Origin: Nemertoderma westbladi
Taxonomy: Eukaryota; Animalia; Xenacoelomorpha
Assembly (NCBI GenBank): GCA_032718475.1
Contig: JAUCBJ010009144.1
Location: 1 to 64,000, forward strand
Length of the DNA stretch: 64,000 bases
Direction of reading: 5' to 3'
The notes beneath the pieces are model-generated. The model did no database searches, was not told the DNA's origin, and worked only from the letters and a program-made list of their open reading frames with translations. Made by a program: the position numbers and the translations under genes. Of this stretch, positions 1-14,120 are shown piece by piece (within the stretch, counting starts at the first letter, position 1; each line of letters begins with the position of its first letter).

Positions 1-1472
1 CTACGGGAGATGTGAATTCAATCTAACCACTACACCAAGGTGGAACTGTGGTGCAATGCCACATCGCAGCTCTTCCTTTGCCCTACTCTACTAACATAAA
101 AGCCTTTATGTTTGAAGATTTGTTGTCTTCTTTGTCTCGGTTGGTGACTCACCTGTCTGTGGTTGCAGTTGCAGTTGCAGTGTCCAGAGACCCAGTCATT
201 ACTGCAGGGTGATGATCATGGTTTTAACAGTTTAACAGTGATTCAACGGTAATATGAGATTATTGGGTGTAATATTAATACTATCTAGCCTACATTATAT
301 GGGGGCCAAAAAGGAGACGAGGACTATAGGAACTGTTCTATAAAATATAAGTTATTTTCGGTAAAATAAAGTTATCAATCGAGGTGAAGACCACTAGAAC
401 AGTTCCTATAATAAAATGTAAAATGCTATCACACCTAGCAGTAATACCTGTGTCTTGCTATCTCAGGGCTGTGAGTGATCCGAAAATTAATACACATAAA
501 ATTATTATATGATTTGTTTTGAGTTTGTTTGAGAATTTATTATTCAACATATAAACTTCTTGCTTTCCTAGATAATAAATAATCCTAAATGATTAATAAT
601 AACAGTTGGCTGACCCGCCCAAATGCCAAAGAACGGTCCTCCCGCATGGCTTAAGAAGATTTGATCAACCACTCACACGCAACGAATTAGAACAAACTGC
701 CACCTGATGCCCACTACCCAATCTGCCGCTGTGCATTATGTTTTTCATCCACATTAACTATAACTATGTCTTGTACAGTATACTTGCCATTTTGGCCAAT
801 TCATCCTTTCAACCTTGTAACCGAACTATTCTGACTCACCCCACCCCCTATGATCCCTATGTACAAATACAAAGTTATATTTTTCATTCATCCAAAATTA
901 TTCCCAAGTCAAAGGTAATCACGCAAACGCGAGGAGATCTACAGGGAGTTGGTTCTAGTCCCCAGATGTTTATTGTTAATATTAAAGGCCCTACGTTATA
1001 GATATACAGTAATTGACAACATACTTGCAATCAATAGCCGATGTTATTGTTCTGGCTACTGCATTTGTTGATTATTTACTATTTTACTGTAAGTTTAAGG
1101 AGGCCGGATATGCATAAGGGCTGGGTTATGTTAGAGACTTTCGTCGGGTGGTAAGAATGTCGAAAGTCCCTCATATGATTCCGGAGTGATCCTTCTAGTT
1201 GAATATCTACCTCCCTTCTACTACACCTCTGGGTTCGGACAGGGAACCTGCTGTCGGATATTGCAGTCGAGCGATGTGTATGGAAACCAGAGGAAGTGTC
1301 TTGAACTCAATAATGGTTGTTTGTCGTGCAATGTATTGTTCTGATATCATCTAATCTCCTGTAGCCTACTAATGCGACCGGTATATTTATAAATTATTAT
1401 TGGTGTTATGGGTGAATGAGTGGTTTCATATTATTATATCTTTTTTTGGGTTTAGCATTTCAAGTTGGCAAT

Positions 1473-1543
1473 GACGTCCAGGTGGGATCGAACTGGTGAC
1501 CTCCGGGTTGGAAGTCTGACCCTCTAACCATTCAGCTAGCGGC
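1473..1543 (-). mobile_element. tRNA-derived SINE head (or tRNA pseudogene)
   Basis: Minus strand reads GCCGCTAGCTGAATGGTTAGAG...GTTCGATCCCACC, giving Pol III A and B boxes at tRNA spacing. The anticodon and acceptor stems pair poorly. Confidence 0.55.
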
Positions 1544-2942
1544 TAAGGCTTGAAATTAAAATTTGTGGGAATTGTTTTGACTTTCGAAAATATTAAAAAT
1601 ATATTTTAAAATACAGTTTTCGTTAAGCAATGTTTTCCTTCACCATGTGCCCCACCCTGTTCGCGGTTTCAGACCTTTAGCAGTTTAACCTGCCAATTTT
1701 AGGTGTCCTCTAGTTTATAAATCGACTTTAGCCTATAACAATTATTTAATGCACATGAAGTAACATTAGCCGAAGCCAGTCTATGCGCGATCATTCACCC
1801 ACAGTTAAGGGAGACTGGATTCGGGTTCTTTGAAGTTATTGCGTTGCAGACCTACTGTATTATTCGATTGATCGTTACTATATAATCTCTGACAATATTA
1901 TTCACTTTCGGGGAAATATTAACAGTTCCTTTAGGATGTGACGCTTTAAGTATAAAACAGAGTTATGACTTATACTAAACACAAAGAGATGGGTACTGAT
2001 TTTCGTAAATAGCGCATTCTTTAGGAGATGCTTTATTATCTGTCACACTGCTGCATACGACTTCACACTGCTGCACACTGATCTGCCGACCGTCACTGAA
2101 TTTGACCATATATAAGGAGGATAGCAACTGACACATGTAGGGATTATGAAATAGCATTTAATTCACACTAAAACCACTATAATGTAAGTCGCAATTGCTA
2201 CCAGTAACCGGTCCCTCTTACCTTCAGTAATCAAGAAGATTGGGGGTTTTATGATTATTTATCGGTATTCTCCAAATATAACAACATATCCATCAACATA
2301 TAACAATTAATAACAGACAGTAAACAGAAGTAAAATAATGCGGTGATAGTCAGCCAGTATCAGTAGTACCGGTACCGCAGTATGGATTGTTTGATTTGCC
2401 AGTCAGATGGTGACCAGGTGACCAGGCCAGTTGCACAGTGCAGATAATCGATTTACGTTCTTATAATCAAAGCCGTCTAATGTTGGCCAAAGTCTGAAAC
2501 TTCTAACACAGAAGTACAGAAGAATTTCCAAGCAGTTGTTCTCGCTCAGAAAGGTAAACAAAGACCGTAATGCATTGCGCGGTTTTCCGTAGGCCTCTGT
2601 ACAAGATAAAATGAAAATCGCTCTGATTGGCCGAGCCTGAACAAAGAGAGGCTCCTCGTGTACAGTAAATCAGCTGACAGATTTCGTCATCGTAGTTCCA
2701 GTCTTTTAGAGTATTAGGCGTATTGTGGCAGAAAATGGCTTGTTATGTCCGCTAAAACACCTACAGGGTACATTGCGGAGAAAATGGCTTGTTATGTCCG
2801 CTAAAACAACTACACAGTTCATTGCGGAAAAAAATAACTTATTATATCCGCAAAAGCTTTTACACCGCTCCCAGAAAATGGGATTTAATTCTATAAAATA
2901 TAAAAAATCACAGTTTCTAAAATATAAAAATACTCTAAACAG

Positions 2943-5900
2943 TTAGTCTTTCTTACGCGAACGGCGTTTACGCAGTTTTTTGAGGCTAGCAAGAGTCATT
3001 TTCTCTTTGGGGCGAGCCACTTTACTAGGAGGGCTATAACTCCTGGGTGAGGGGTGCAATATAATTGCATCGGAAGGTTTAGGATTACGGTCGGTGTATC
3101 CGCCGGTCGAGGTACCCGGTTGATTGATATCAACCTCAGTGGAGCGAGGTCGAACAACCTTCAGAGCGCGTTTCAGGACAGCAGCTCTTACTGGTCCCTG
3201 ACGAGTCGTCTGCATGAGAGCGGTAGGTGGACCGTGAGTAGTGAGAAATTTCCTCGGTTTGATGGTTCTTTCTAACTCGCGTTCTTGGGCTCTATATTCA
3301 TAGGGTCGTCTATGAACTTCCTGCAGTTCTGGATGCGAGTTGATGAACAAGTCACCATATTCTGGATCTTGACGAATGAAGTTTATCAAGTTATAGGAAT
3401 TAAGATCGTTGGGATTAATGTTCCTGAGATATTTACGAACAAATTTGGTCGAAATATTCTCGCCAACACGCTTCATTAGTTCGTAACTCGGTGTGCGAGA
3501 TTTTTGTTCAATGGACGCGAATAGATACGGGTGGAACGCATAAACTCCTTCGTAGGCACGTCCAGGGTAATAGCGATGACGTGACTCACAATGTAAATCC
3601 GCGTTCGCTTCCCAGGCTCGAATGTAGCGTAGGGTAATCATTTCATCTACGCTTTCCAGATCGCGGTTGAAAGGGCAATCAAAACTTGCATGTCCTTTAA
3701 ACTGACAATGATGGCATTGAGTCATAAATTGGGGGCAGACTGCGAAAATGTGCAAGTTATTGAGTCTACAATACGCACAATAGATCTCCATCGCAGGCTG
3801 TTCATGGAAGTAGGAGCAGGGTACGTTGGAGTCCACAGGGGTGAAATGGTCTCGAGATGCACATAATCGGCAACGTTTCCTAGAGATATAATTGGCATGC
3901 CGATAATCGTACGCGGTGAGACATTGTGGACCCTGATACCATTCCAGGACGTAGTCGTTGTCACTGCTCCGGGGTGTTGTGGGCTGAATCTCCTCGGATT
4001 CTAAGCATATTGGTTCGTCTTCCAATTGCATAGCTGAGGTAGGTGTGGCTGTCTCCTCAAGCGAACCCAGTGTCTGAACTTCCACGATAGAATAACCCGT
4101 GGGGATTCGAGGTCTTTGTATAACAGAGGAATGTAAGTTCTGTATACAAACGTCCTTGAAAATGGCGAATCCAGCGCTGTCTAACTTCTCAGCAGCTGAG
4201 TCTCTTAGGCTGAGCTTGGTCAGAGCGCGGTCCTTGAACTGACTATCAACGTTACGGAACGGAGTCAGAAAGCGCCTGAAGCATTCGAAGCGGATGAATT
4301 TATTGTGTTCATCTAGCTTGGCGAGTTTGGTTCCAAGTATTAAGGGATGGGCGTGTATAGTACGACTGCACACATCGGCTAGCCAACCGGCAAGTGCGGC
4401 GTTTTCGAAGATAGTGTATATAGCTAATGAGGGACGAAGTGGAACACTCATGAAGCTATACACGACGCCAGGTGCGGTCAATGGTCCGTCAAAGTATAAT
4501 CGAGAATAATGATCTCCATATACTTGTTGATAGTTGATAGGGTTTCCGACTTTGAAATTCCATCCGTATTCTTGAAAGGCAAGATGTCCGATGGAAGTTC
4601 GTTGTACTTTATTGATGCCGCTGGGTGTATTGGCATACATAGTTTGGAAGAAACCTCGGCCTTCTGCCCAGGGAGCAATCAGCTGAGTATCTACGAAAGG
4701 ATACGGGATATTCTCCATGTTCCTAAAGTCGTTTTGGAGATCTCCATAAACAGCTGAGCCGATTTTAAGGATTCTTTCGTTAAACAACATCTCGAGCACG
4801 GGCTGGGGTAACATCGATCCATCGATACCCATGGCCGGTTTGCACTCGGTGTCGGTGACGTAACGCTGCGCGAGTTCGAATTGTCCATGATCGGAGTTTC
4901 TTTTGTATCTCGGTGAGGGTCTCAAAAGAATAATCAATCACGTCGGAACACGCTCGAGTAAATACGTGGGTAGAACCAGCTAGTCCTCGTATATGTATCA
5001 TGCGCGTAGTTCCCAGTTCTCCAACCGGAACGCTACCTTCGTTATCGTAAGTGACAACTCCATACATTTCGATAACGTTAAGAGTTTCGTTCCACTCTTT
5101 AGTGGCGTTTTCTAGGGTCATCCCCACCGGATGCCATAAGGTGGCGCATTCGCTAGCGTTGGGTAGATCTCTATACTTCAGATATTGTGTAGTATACGTC
5201 TCTACATCTCCATATCGTTGTATTCTCTCTTCCTCGAATAATACGTCGAGATTCCAGTGGACTAATCGAGTTTTGATAAATCCATCGAGATTATACGGAG
5301 GCAGTATATCTTTCTCTATTCTGGAAACATTGTAGGGTTTTCTGAATGAGTTTACTTTCACTAACTGATCCAGATGTTTCTGCAGTTGTTCGAGTTCGAC
5401 AAGATCGAGAGGATTTATTAGTGGTAGAAACCTTAGACTATGTGTAGGATCTTCCGGTTTTACCATATAATATTGAGTTAGATTGACATAATAAGGGTGA
5501 TCTTTGATCCCATAAAACGAGTTCGGTAAAGGTCTAGCGCGTATGTTGACCTCATGTACCATACGACGGACAAGATCCGCTCGATTGTCCGGAGGTTCAA
5601 CGAGTATACCGTCGACACGAGCGGCCTCGATTGGCGGACGCTGTAACATAGGAGCGTCAGCGATAAGATCTCGAGATCTTAGGTTGATATCAACCGGTTG
5701 GGGTTGTACCGTTGCGAAGAGTTTGTCTCCGAAATGGGGAACCATCGATGGATGAATGATGGTTTTGGAGTAGAGATCAGTCATAAGGATTTGAGCTTCT
5801 GGTTGGGCTAAAGCTGCTTCTTCTCTTTCATCCATTTCGATGTGTTTCTCCTCGAGCTGATTTTCCTCCGCTTGTCGTTGTAAGCGTTCGTCTAAAAACT

Positions 5901-7188
5901 CTTGTAGAGAATAGGTTCGTCCAAGTTCGATGTCTTCCTCGAGGTTCTGGATTTCTCGATCGAACTGGGGTAAGGCCAACTCCTTCACCGCTTGGACTTG
6001 TTGCTGCAATTTGCGTTTCTCCAAACAATCGTAAGTTCCTTTTCCGATCTTCTGCCGAATAGCGTCTAACGCGTTTCGTACAACGCTCTCCTCGACTTCG
6101 GTGACGGGTTGTATCGGGGTTAACCCAGGACGATTGTATGGGTTGAACGGCGATATTAGATGTCCGCGTCCCAATCCGGCTAGGTAGGATGGGCGAATAT
6201 CTAGCGAGCCCACTACCGGAGTGCCACCGATTAATTGTTCGGGTAACACAAGATCTTTGAACAGTGAATACAGTTCAGGAGGATCCGTTATACTATTAGG
6301 ATCAAGAGTTTGAGGTCTCACTAGGGAATGAGGAGGTCTGACCGAGTATTCCGGAACTCTGATCATGGGTTTATTTAAGGATCGTTTGAGTCGAGCGATC
6401 GTAGGTGATACGTCGAACAAGTTTCGCTCGAAACTCCCATAAGTATAGCGAGTAAAACTGTGTTTAGCGCAACGTCTCCGCGGATGTTTATGTCTTTCCG
6501 TTTGTTGGTTGGGTCTAGGGCATTCATCGCAATAATACCAAAGACGCACGTCCTGTAGGGGAAACGCGGGTGATCGTTCTCCAGTTTTACAATATTCCTC
6601 CATCTGTTCGAAGCTATCCGGGACAACAGGTAGCGGTCGATCGGCGGTAAGATACATCATAGTGAAATAGAGCCGTTTGAGTTCTATCATAGGGTCATGA
6701 TGTATACCTTGAGGATATCGAGTTTCTAGATTTTGTTGGCTGGCAATATTGAGATATGTTTCTCTCAAGAATTCCAGATATTCGTTGAAGTCGCTGCGTT
6801 TATCCGGCTCTTCAACGTCTTCTCTTTCGAGTCGGTTTCGAATAGAATTCTCGTGTTCGATTCTCGGTTTATCGTTCCGACTCCGCTGGGTATGATATTT
6901 AAATAGAACCATTTCCCTTTCGGTGTCTACATCGTCCGTATCGTGTAAATCGATAGGATGGCCAGTAGTTAAGAAGTCCATATACGTACCATTACGATGC
7001 GTGTAGCGAGCGGTGAATTTTCTATAGTCCAATTCACGCGTGAGTTGTTCCTTGGACATTGGCGGTTCGATATAACGGCCATCGTCCTCCGTAGTAGTGG
7101 GACTAGCGTCGCCGCGTATTAGGCTATCAACAAACGCTTGCAACGGTAGGGTATATCGCTCCCTGATACCAAGATCGTCTTCTATCAA
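2943..7188 (-). pseudogene. Element 1 ORF3: long unknown N-terminus + DEDD-like 3'-5' exonuclease + 3 CCHC knuckles (one frameshift, ~4830-4940)
   Basis: The 802-aa ORF ends just after ExoI-like VVTYDNEG. The overlapping 664-aa ORF continues LPQPVLEMLFNERILKIGSAVYGD, FVDTQ, PLRPSLAIYTIFE, then CRLC..H..C, CAYC..H..C and CHHCQFKGHASFDC. Colinear with the ORF at 53660-56203. Confidence 0.75.
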
Positions 7189-8030
7189 CTTCGGGATCTT
7201 CTATCAACTTCTAGTCATAGCTGCTATATGAGTTTATCAATATTATAATTAATTATAATTAGGCTAGCGGGCGTCGCTGCCTACCCCTCACTGCCCCCGG
7301 ACAGCGCAAGATCCTCAGCGCCGATGTACTGTTGTCGCGGTGCTTATCGCCAACGTAGTAGCTACACAACGACAACAATAACCAGCGCGAGTCACTCCAC
7401 TGTCCATCCCAAGGGCTTAGATTTACTTCAGGTTCTTACTGCAGAGGTAGGGCTACTTTCACAACTGCGACTAGCTACTGTAAACACACTTTAGTAGCAA
7501 CATTCACCTATAAACGCACAAATTCCACACAACTGTCACAAATTGTACACATTCGGGCCATTTGTCCATTAGTCAAGTGCCTTCCAGAATGCCACGTTAT
7601 TATTATGTATCCTTGGATACTAGCAGTGCGCTATTTATTCCGTATGCTATTCAATGGGGCAAGCTTTCTATTGTTCTTTTAACTCGCTTCTAATTCTAGC
7701 GTGGTTGTTGCTATGGTGACATTATGGAAAGCTAGCAGTAGAATTAGGGTAATTCTCATGCATACAGATCTGGGATGCTATTTAATAGTAATTCTTTAAT
7801 TGTCAATATTCCCCTTTATACATGATTTTATGAATTTTATCGGCTATTGACTATATATTGGAGATTCTCGCACACTAATATACTTAATAGGGTGAATCTC
7901 CGCTCCCATGATCTATTATTTAATGGAATTTTGGGAATGTTATAAATTGTATAAAATAACAATTTATCAAATTCATGAGAGGATATGAATTTAAATTATT
8001 CCCGTAAATTTTATTATTTAATATTAAATA

Positions 8031-8419
8031 GGCACAATTTTATTCCAGAGCATGTCTGGGGACTGGGATCCTTGATTCTAGGAAATTTGTCCTTTTAAGA
8101 GTATCGGTAAGTGCTACGATATCTTAATCGACTAGAATTTTAAAGGATCTAAATTTTAACAGATTTTGATTTATATATTTTCTTGGTTTACAAACTCCTT
8201 AGAGTTTATTTGTATGCATTTACTCTATTATAACATTTGTTTTAATAGATTTTTATAAATATTAACTATGTAATATTTAAGATGGGCACCGATTTATTCC
8301 AGAACATGTCTGGGGACGTTAACCACTGATTCTAGAATTTTGTCTTTCAAGTATATCGGTGGGTGCCGCGATATCTTAATCGACTAGAATTACAGATGGT
8401 CAAAGGGTTTAACAGATTT
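8031..8419. repeat. Diverged ~135-bp direct duplication in element 1 pol-ORF3 spacer
   Basis: 8031-8166 and 8285-8419 share TTATTCCAGA.CATGTCTGGGGAC...GATATCTTAATCGACTAGAATT. Confidence 0.8.
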
Positions 8420-8944
8420 ATTTTGCGTGGTACGCTACTGTTAAAGGGACATCACGCTACTATATGTATTATTTAATATACGGTATGAGAGCAATATTGC
8501 AAGAAGCAATGTCAGTGAGAAGAGGCAAGTCGTTTCCAAGGTCTACCCAGAGCTTGGTTTAGCCGAGACACGAGGATCTGAACTTTGCATTCCTAATACT
8601 CTACTTACCAATAATACTTGAGTATAGTAGGAGCTTTATTGTACTTTAATAAGTACGGATATTTCATCTTACTGTAGTCACGCATTTATAATATGATACG
8701 GACAGTAAGGAAAGAGAAAAAGAATTATTTCTCGCCGTTGCACTAAATATATAATATAAGTAATTAAGTAATAAACACGAGTATATATTGCACTAATTCT
8801 ACTAAATAATCGCTAAAATAACATTCTACTAAATAAAATTAAAGAAAACGATTATTATAAAATTACATAATAATACATACATAAATATAAAAATAATAAA
8901 AACAAATATAAAATAATATAGTCACACACCCACTCCAGACGCTG

Positions 8945-11900
8945 TTACGTTGGGGAGTCCCTAGATGTTTGTTGGATTAGGGAGGTGGTCGTGGGAAGAG
9001 TATCTTGCCTTCCATAGTTTCCGGACAGTTCTCTGTCTCTTTCCAGTAAACATAAACGACCAACTGGGCGATTGAGCTGCTGTGTTTCGAACACAATTCC
9101 AGGTTTCTTAAAGTTACGTCGCATGACGACGAGTTCTACCGATCGCACTAAACCATCATCGGAGATATGAGTCTCGATGATACGACCTGTCTGCCACCGC
9201 TTACGTGGAAGATCTGATTCCACAATAAGGACCATGTCTCCGGCGCTGACGTTTTCTTGCTGCGCAAACCACTTGGTTCGAAGTTGTAGCGTAGGCAGAT
9301 AATGTTTTTCGAAATGGTCAGCGAAACGACGGGATAATAACTGCATAAGTTGCCAAGTTTGTCGGCAGTATTCGTCTCCGTCCGTGATTTCCGATCGTGG
9401 GAGCATGGCTACAGGTTTCTTCAGTAGGAAGTGCGCGGGTGTTAGCGCTTCCAGGGAGTCGGGACTCGATGAGACTGGCATAAGCGGTCTCTCGTTAAGA
9501 TAGGCGGCGATTTCTTCCATTAACGTCCGCAAAAGTTCGTCGGTGAGATACGCGCGGCACGGCACTATAAAGTGAAATGCGGTCTTCACGCTTCTTATTA
9601 ATCTCTCCCAACTTCCTCCCCACCAAGGGGCGTCGGCGGCGTTGAAGGTCCAGCTAGATGCTGTTACCCTTAGCTGATCGTCCACCTGTCTTTGGTTCCA
9701 ATCTCTAACGTAAGCCTTGATCTCATTATTGGCGCCAATGAAGTTCGTTCCCTTATCAGATCTCATCGTGTTGCTAGTTCCAAAGCGAGCGATCTGTCGG
9801 CGTAAACTCAGTATGAAGCTGTTGGTAGATAGATCGTTCACCATATCTAGATGGATCGCTCTACAAGTCATACAGACAAAGATGACACACCATCGCTTGA
9901 CTATAGTCCTAGCACGATATACTTCAATAGGGCCAAATAAATCCACACCGGTATTAGTAAAGGGTGGTTCATAGAAGCTTACTCGTTCCCTAGGTAATTC
10001 TGCCTCTCGCTGTGTTAAAGGCCTACTGAATGCTTTCCTACAGGGTATACAGTTCCTAAGAACTTGGTTCAGAGCTCTACGGGGTTTATGGAAATAATAG
10101 CGAGTTCGAATTTCGCTAAGAACTCGTTCTCTACCAGCATGGTAAAGCTTACTGTGAACATCTACAATCATCTTGATTTGTATTTCAAGATTTCTAATGA
10201 GTATGGGAAACTTAGTGTCAAAGGATAATGGAGCATTAGTTAGTCTCCCTCCAACACGTATTAACCCATCTATCATTGTGCTAGAGAAACGATCCCTTAA
10301 GCGCATCTGTGGATTTCTCAACAACAGGAAATACTTATCGGAATCTTCATAGCATTGCAGGAGTCTCAGTATCTGCTTATTGGTTTCTTCATGCTCCTGG
10401 TAACTGATCTTCTCCGTCAGAAACCTATCTGATATTTTGTATTTGGGAAGATCTTTAATAGCATGGACCTGTGCAGATGTCAGTGGAGCGGTATCACTAG
10501 CGATCTTCGTCCTGGAGTAGTGATGATGGAAGCATCGCTTTAAATACACGACGGCCTTACAAAGCCGATTCCAGGAGCTATAGTGATTTATCGCTCTCTG
10601 CAGGAGAGGTGAGAGTCCCTGCGAGACGTCTGGTGTTCCAGATTTCCAGTCTCTCTCTCTGATTTCCACAACAGACTTATTTGTGGCGGGGGAGTTTAGA
10701 TCCACAGCGTCGTCTCCGGAAATGTGTAGTACAGACAGATCTATCACGGGTTTAAATAACTTTGATTTACTCGTCCGGGTTTTGGGTTTGACTTTCTCCG
10801 CTCCCTTGGCTTGTCTAATCTCAGCCGTGGTGAGATGAGGAGGCCATTCATCCTCTTCTTTACTTAGGAAGTCGGGTCCACCTAACCAGTCCGGAGTATC
10901 TATCAGTTCTTGAGGAGTTGCTCCTCTGGAGGCGATGTCGGCTGGATTAATCGTCCCAGGGCAATGTCTCCATTGATCTACACTTAGTGCGACTAAGTAT
11001 AATGGCTACTCTGTTGGTAACGAAGACGCTGAACTGACAGACTTCATTGGTTATATACTCCAAAACGAGTAAAGCATCAGTCCAATAGACAGTTTTCTCC
11101 AGTGGATAGTCGATCTGTTCTGTTACATTCCGGCCGATGGCTGTAGCGTATAGAGCCGCCTTTAACTCCGCTCGAGGAACTCGTAGCTTGTTGTTTATCA
11201 AGGCCTTAGAAGTAACCAAGGCGACTTTAATTCCATCCGGAGTTTCAACTCTCAGGTAGGCTACTATACCTATTCCCATATCGCTGGCGTCTCCAAACAC
11301 ATGGAGTTGATAGGAATACGTGGGGAGAACGTGACCAAAATAGGAACGGGAAATCGTAAAGTTCTCGATGGATGGTAGAGAATCTTCCCATTTCATCCAC
11401 TTCTTTAGTAGTTCTCCCTTAAGTGGATCGTCCCACGAGTGGTTTTCAAGCCACATTTGTTGCACTAAGCTCCGAGCAACCAATATAACTGGGCTAATAA
11501 ATCCCAATGGATCGAAATAAGTGCTCAGGATACTTAGACAAATCCGTTTAGTTCGAACTGGATTATCTCGCTGTTTTAGCTGGAAAAACAGGATATCTCT
11601 CTCCGTGTCCCATTTCAAACCAAGCGTCTTGGTTTCTGGAAGATCGTCCTTGATTAGGTCCAGATCTTTAACTCCTCGGTCTTCTACCGGGATCGATTCC
11701 AGAAACTCACGGGAGTTACTTGTGAATTTAGTTAGTCGAAATCCACCGCGTTTCAAGCACTCTACCGTTCCCTTGGCAACATCAATGGCTTCTTCCACCG
11801 ATGGGAGGGACTTTAAATTATCGTCCATGTATATATCCCGTTTGATGTTGTCGATAACCGCTTTAGAGAAGGCGTCTCGGTTGTCATCAGCAGTGGTGCG

Positions 11901-14046
11901 CACTACTGAACAAGCGTTCGAGGGGCTCGAGATGATCCCGAAAGCCTGGATGGTCATCCAGTACTCCACCGGTTTTTGGTTGAGGTCTCCTTCAGGCCAC
12001 CACAGAAATCGTAGGCTGTCTCGATCCCTATCCAGCGCCTTAACTTGTAAGAACATGCCCTCTATATCCGAGGCGAAGGCGATCGAATATTGCCGTAATC
12101 TTAAGAGTATTCCCAACAAGGATTGGAGTAAGTTGGGTCCCGGCAACAACTCAGAGTTAAGGGATTGGCCCATGTAAAGGGCGGAGCCGTCAAATACTAC
12201 CCGGACTTCGTTGGGTTTACCGGGTTTGGGAACGTAATGATGTGTTAGATAATACGTTCTCTCAGTTATGGGTGTTTCTTCCGGTACTCGCTCCGCGTAT
12301 CCCTTATCGATGAATTTCTTCAGCTGGGTCTTGTACATCTCTTTAGCTGAAGCATTTGCCGTAAGGCGCCGATGTAGTTGCGCGATTCTCTTCTCCGCCA
12401 AGGGTCGGTTATTTATAAAGTTGGGTTCTCGCCTTCGGAATGGCAGACCAATCTCATACCTACCTTGATCTCTAAGCAAACGTGTAGTCGTTTCCTGGAT
12501 CTGCTTGGCTCTTTCCTCCTCGACCGATAGTGCTTTGTCGTAGGAATTAGGCTCTACAGCTTCTTCAGTAAAGAATCGTACGGCGTGTTCGTCGCGAATC
12601 TTAGCGTTGTGTCGATCTATCACCTCATTTAGCTCATCGTTGTTGTCGGGTTGTCCGCCATGATGGATGAGATGGCAAAGGTGCACTTGGTTTCTCCAAG
12701 CTTCACTTTCAGTGAGGAGGTCGATTGTATTTTCCTCATCAAATAGTTGGGTAATATCGTCGTTATCTGAGGAGTATGGTGTTGCCTCAGGTGTGATCTC
12801 TCCCTCACTGATTTCTTCTTCCCATTCACTCATCTGATGTATTTGTTCAGTGGGTAATCTTTCCATGAGCGTTCTACGGGAAGGTCCAGTGAAGTACCAA
12901 CCTACTCTAGTTCTTCCCGCATAGTGGCACCAGATCCAATGGTTGCGGTTGAGCAGGTCATTTCTCTAATGTCTCAAGCGCCTCATGCGCATTTTGGCCG
13001 ATCAATATTTGCACCCCTGGGTAGTCGGTGTTGAATCTAGGGATATTATGTTGCTGGGTAAAATCGTCTTCATCCCAGTTGTAAGGTTCTACTTGACTGG
13101 TAGCAAAGTTCTTTATCGCCACCATTTTTACTGACCTTATGCTATGTTCTCCTAGTTCGTCCTGGGGAGTGGACAACGCGCCTACATAGTAGTCTGTAGC
13201 TACTGTAGATTTCCAAACCTGCATAATTCCTGAAAGGTTCAACTTAGTTCGGAACTTGGGTTGTCCTGCAAAGATGTCTTCGGCTAGTTCTTTGTCGATG
13301 AATGTTCCTGTGCTGCCGGAGTCCAGGAGGGCGTTGACTATAAAACTCTTACCTGATCCATGGACTCTTAGCTGAACTACGGGGAATTCCCGGATTCCGA
13401 CGTTGGAAGTTGGCGCTTTCCAAGATGGTTGTCGGTCAGGAATAACCGGGTGCGCTTCGTTATCGGTTTCAGTCTCATACGTAAGCGCTCGGTACACCGC
13501 GGTGTTTATCATATAACAGGATTCGTTTTCGTCGGAGAATTCGTCCGTGTAAAATCCTTCCATCTCAGAGCTGTGGTCAGTGTCGTTCACATCACTGAAT
13601 TGGACATGTAGTTCGGACTCACTTACCTGACTCGGGCTGTTTCTTTCAAATTCGGTGTGCAGCAAGATATGATGTTTCGCGCCGCACTTAGCACACCTCG
13701 CGTCGGAGTAACAGGTTCGCCGTTGGTGTCCTTGTCTGAGACAATTATAACACAACCGCTTATCCCACATGACTTCGCGTCTATCCTTTAAGGATTTCTT
13801 TAAGAATTCATCACACACACTTAAACGATGGGGCCCGTCGCACAATGCACATTTTGGTTTGATGTTACTTACTTTACCTTGGGTAGTGTTGTGCACACTC
13901 GTTCTTTCCTCGGGCTTTCTTCCATGAATTCTCTTAGGAGACGTAGGAGGAGTTTTTGTTACCTGTTCTCTCCTGTCACTGGTTCGAGACTTAAATTTAC
14001 TTACGTCTTTAGGTGCTTTGTTGACATAGTAAGATCTTTCGGTGTC
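8945..14046 (-). pseudogene. Element 1 gag-pol polyprotein (BEL/Pao), frameshifts near 12960 and 10985
   Basis: Knuckles CALCDGPHRLSVC, CYNCLRQGHQRRTC, CAKCGAKHHILLH; protease LLDSGS; RT YMDD; RNase H GDAS..PRAEL..WTD..NPADIASRG (last part in the shifted frame); integrase H-H-CIPC, GVDLFGP, SDKGTNF, WERL. Confidence 0.92.
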
Positions 14047-14050
14047 TTAA

Positions 14051-14085
14051 CCCTATCCATACCGGGGTACTTTAGACGCTCAAAC

Positions 14086-14120
<35 letters not shown>

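Larger units (their letters stand above)
2900..14046 (-). mobile_element. BEL/Pao LTR retrotransposon, element 1 (5'-truncated, LTRs not identified) with extra ORF3
   Basis: Gag zinc knuckles, protease, RT, RNase H and integrase in BEL/Pao order, then a ~1.75-kb spacer and ORF3. The 5' end stops at a TTAA-flanked MITE at 14047. Confidence 0.9.

Noticed and set aside
1190-1360. Similarity to 18670-18840 (inverted)
   Set aside because: It appears to be two old fragments of a dispersed repeat, too decayed to classify or bound.
1473-1543. Functional tRNA genes (also 1-40, 24669-24745, 41030-41093, 57446-57480)
   Set aside because: A/B boxes are present but the cloverleafs are incomplete or mispaired, which fits SINE heads better.
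2300-2940. 3' LTR of element 1
   Set aside because: No PPT+TG boundary was found and there is no second LTR to compare. 2720-2870 is a separate ~50-bp repeat.
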